The translations under genes and the position numbers were made by a program. DNA of 64,000 nt from Mytilus californianus (Eukaryota). The notes under the pieces were generated by a model, which ran no database searches, was not told where the DNA came from, and worked only from the letters and a program-made list of their open reading frames with translations. The stretch is from the NCBI RefSeq assembly GCF_021869535.1, contig NW_026262679.1:96100001-96164000 (forward strand). The letters run 5' to 3'. Positions 63,751 to 64,000 of this stretch are shown here, in pieces (position 1 is the stretch's first letter; each line of letters begins with the position of its first letter).

Positions 63751-64000
63751 AGAAAAACTATTAAAGTCAGTTAAAAAGAGCTTAACTTATCGATACATAG
63801 CATAAAGTAAAATTAAAGTATATTTTTTTTTACCTTGAAAACACTTGACAAGCAGGTACATTTAGTAGGTTAGATACCAGGCAAGCGGATGAGAAAGTCA
63901 AGCTATCATGTACTAATTCAGATTGTTTAACACCAGAAAATGTCATGAAGAATTCAAGTAGTAATTCCACTTTGTTGATTTCTGCCAAGTACTCGAAAGT

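Overview
AT-rich, repeat-dominated eukaryotic DNA; the repeat repertoire resembles a bivalve mollusc, probably Mytilus (inference, not checked). One intact host gene is reconstructable: a 4-exon, 245-aa secreted protein (32468-35599, +) with the WxxPCG / LC / RxxRD pattern of Unpaired-like class-I helical cytokines. It has kappaB-like sites upstream and a ~0.93-kb tandem duplication of its upstream region. A decayed Ty3/Gypsy retrotransposon (48727-58212, CTAT target-site duplication) has two 912-bp LTRs, then a second PBS, a gag start and a third partial LTR, plus an extra double-zinc-finger ORF in the env position. The least obvious signal is RNA structure. Several abundant repeat families carry circularly permuted (P5-type) twister-ribozyme-like motifs with cross-family covariation and palindromes in place of P1. 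Minimal Penelope/retrozyme-type hammerheads are also scattered through the window. Other content: Penelope RT and CR1/L2 LINE remnants, TIR elements, Helentron-associated-like elements, SINE fragments and minisatellites. All analysis was by hand; family assignments rest on recalled consensus motifs and need database confirmation.
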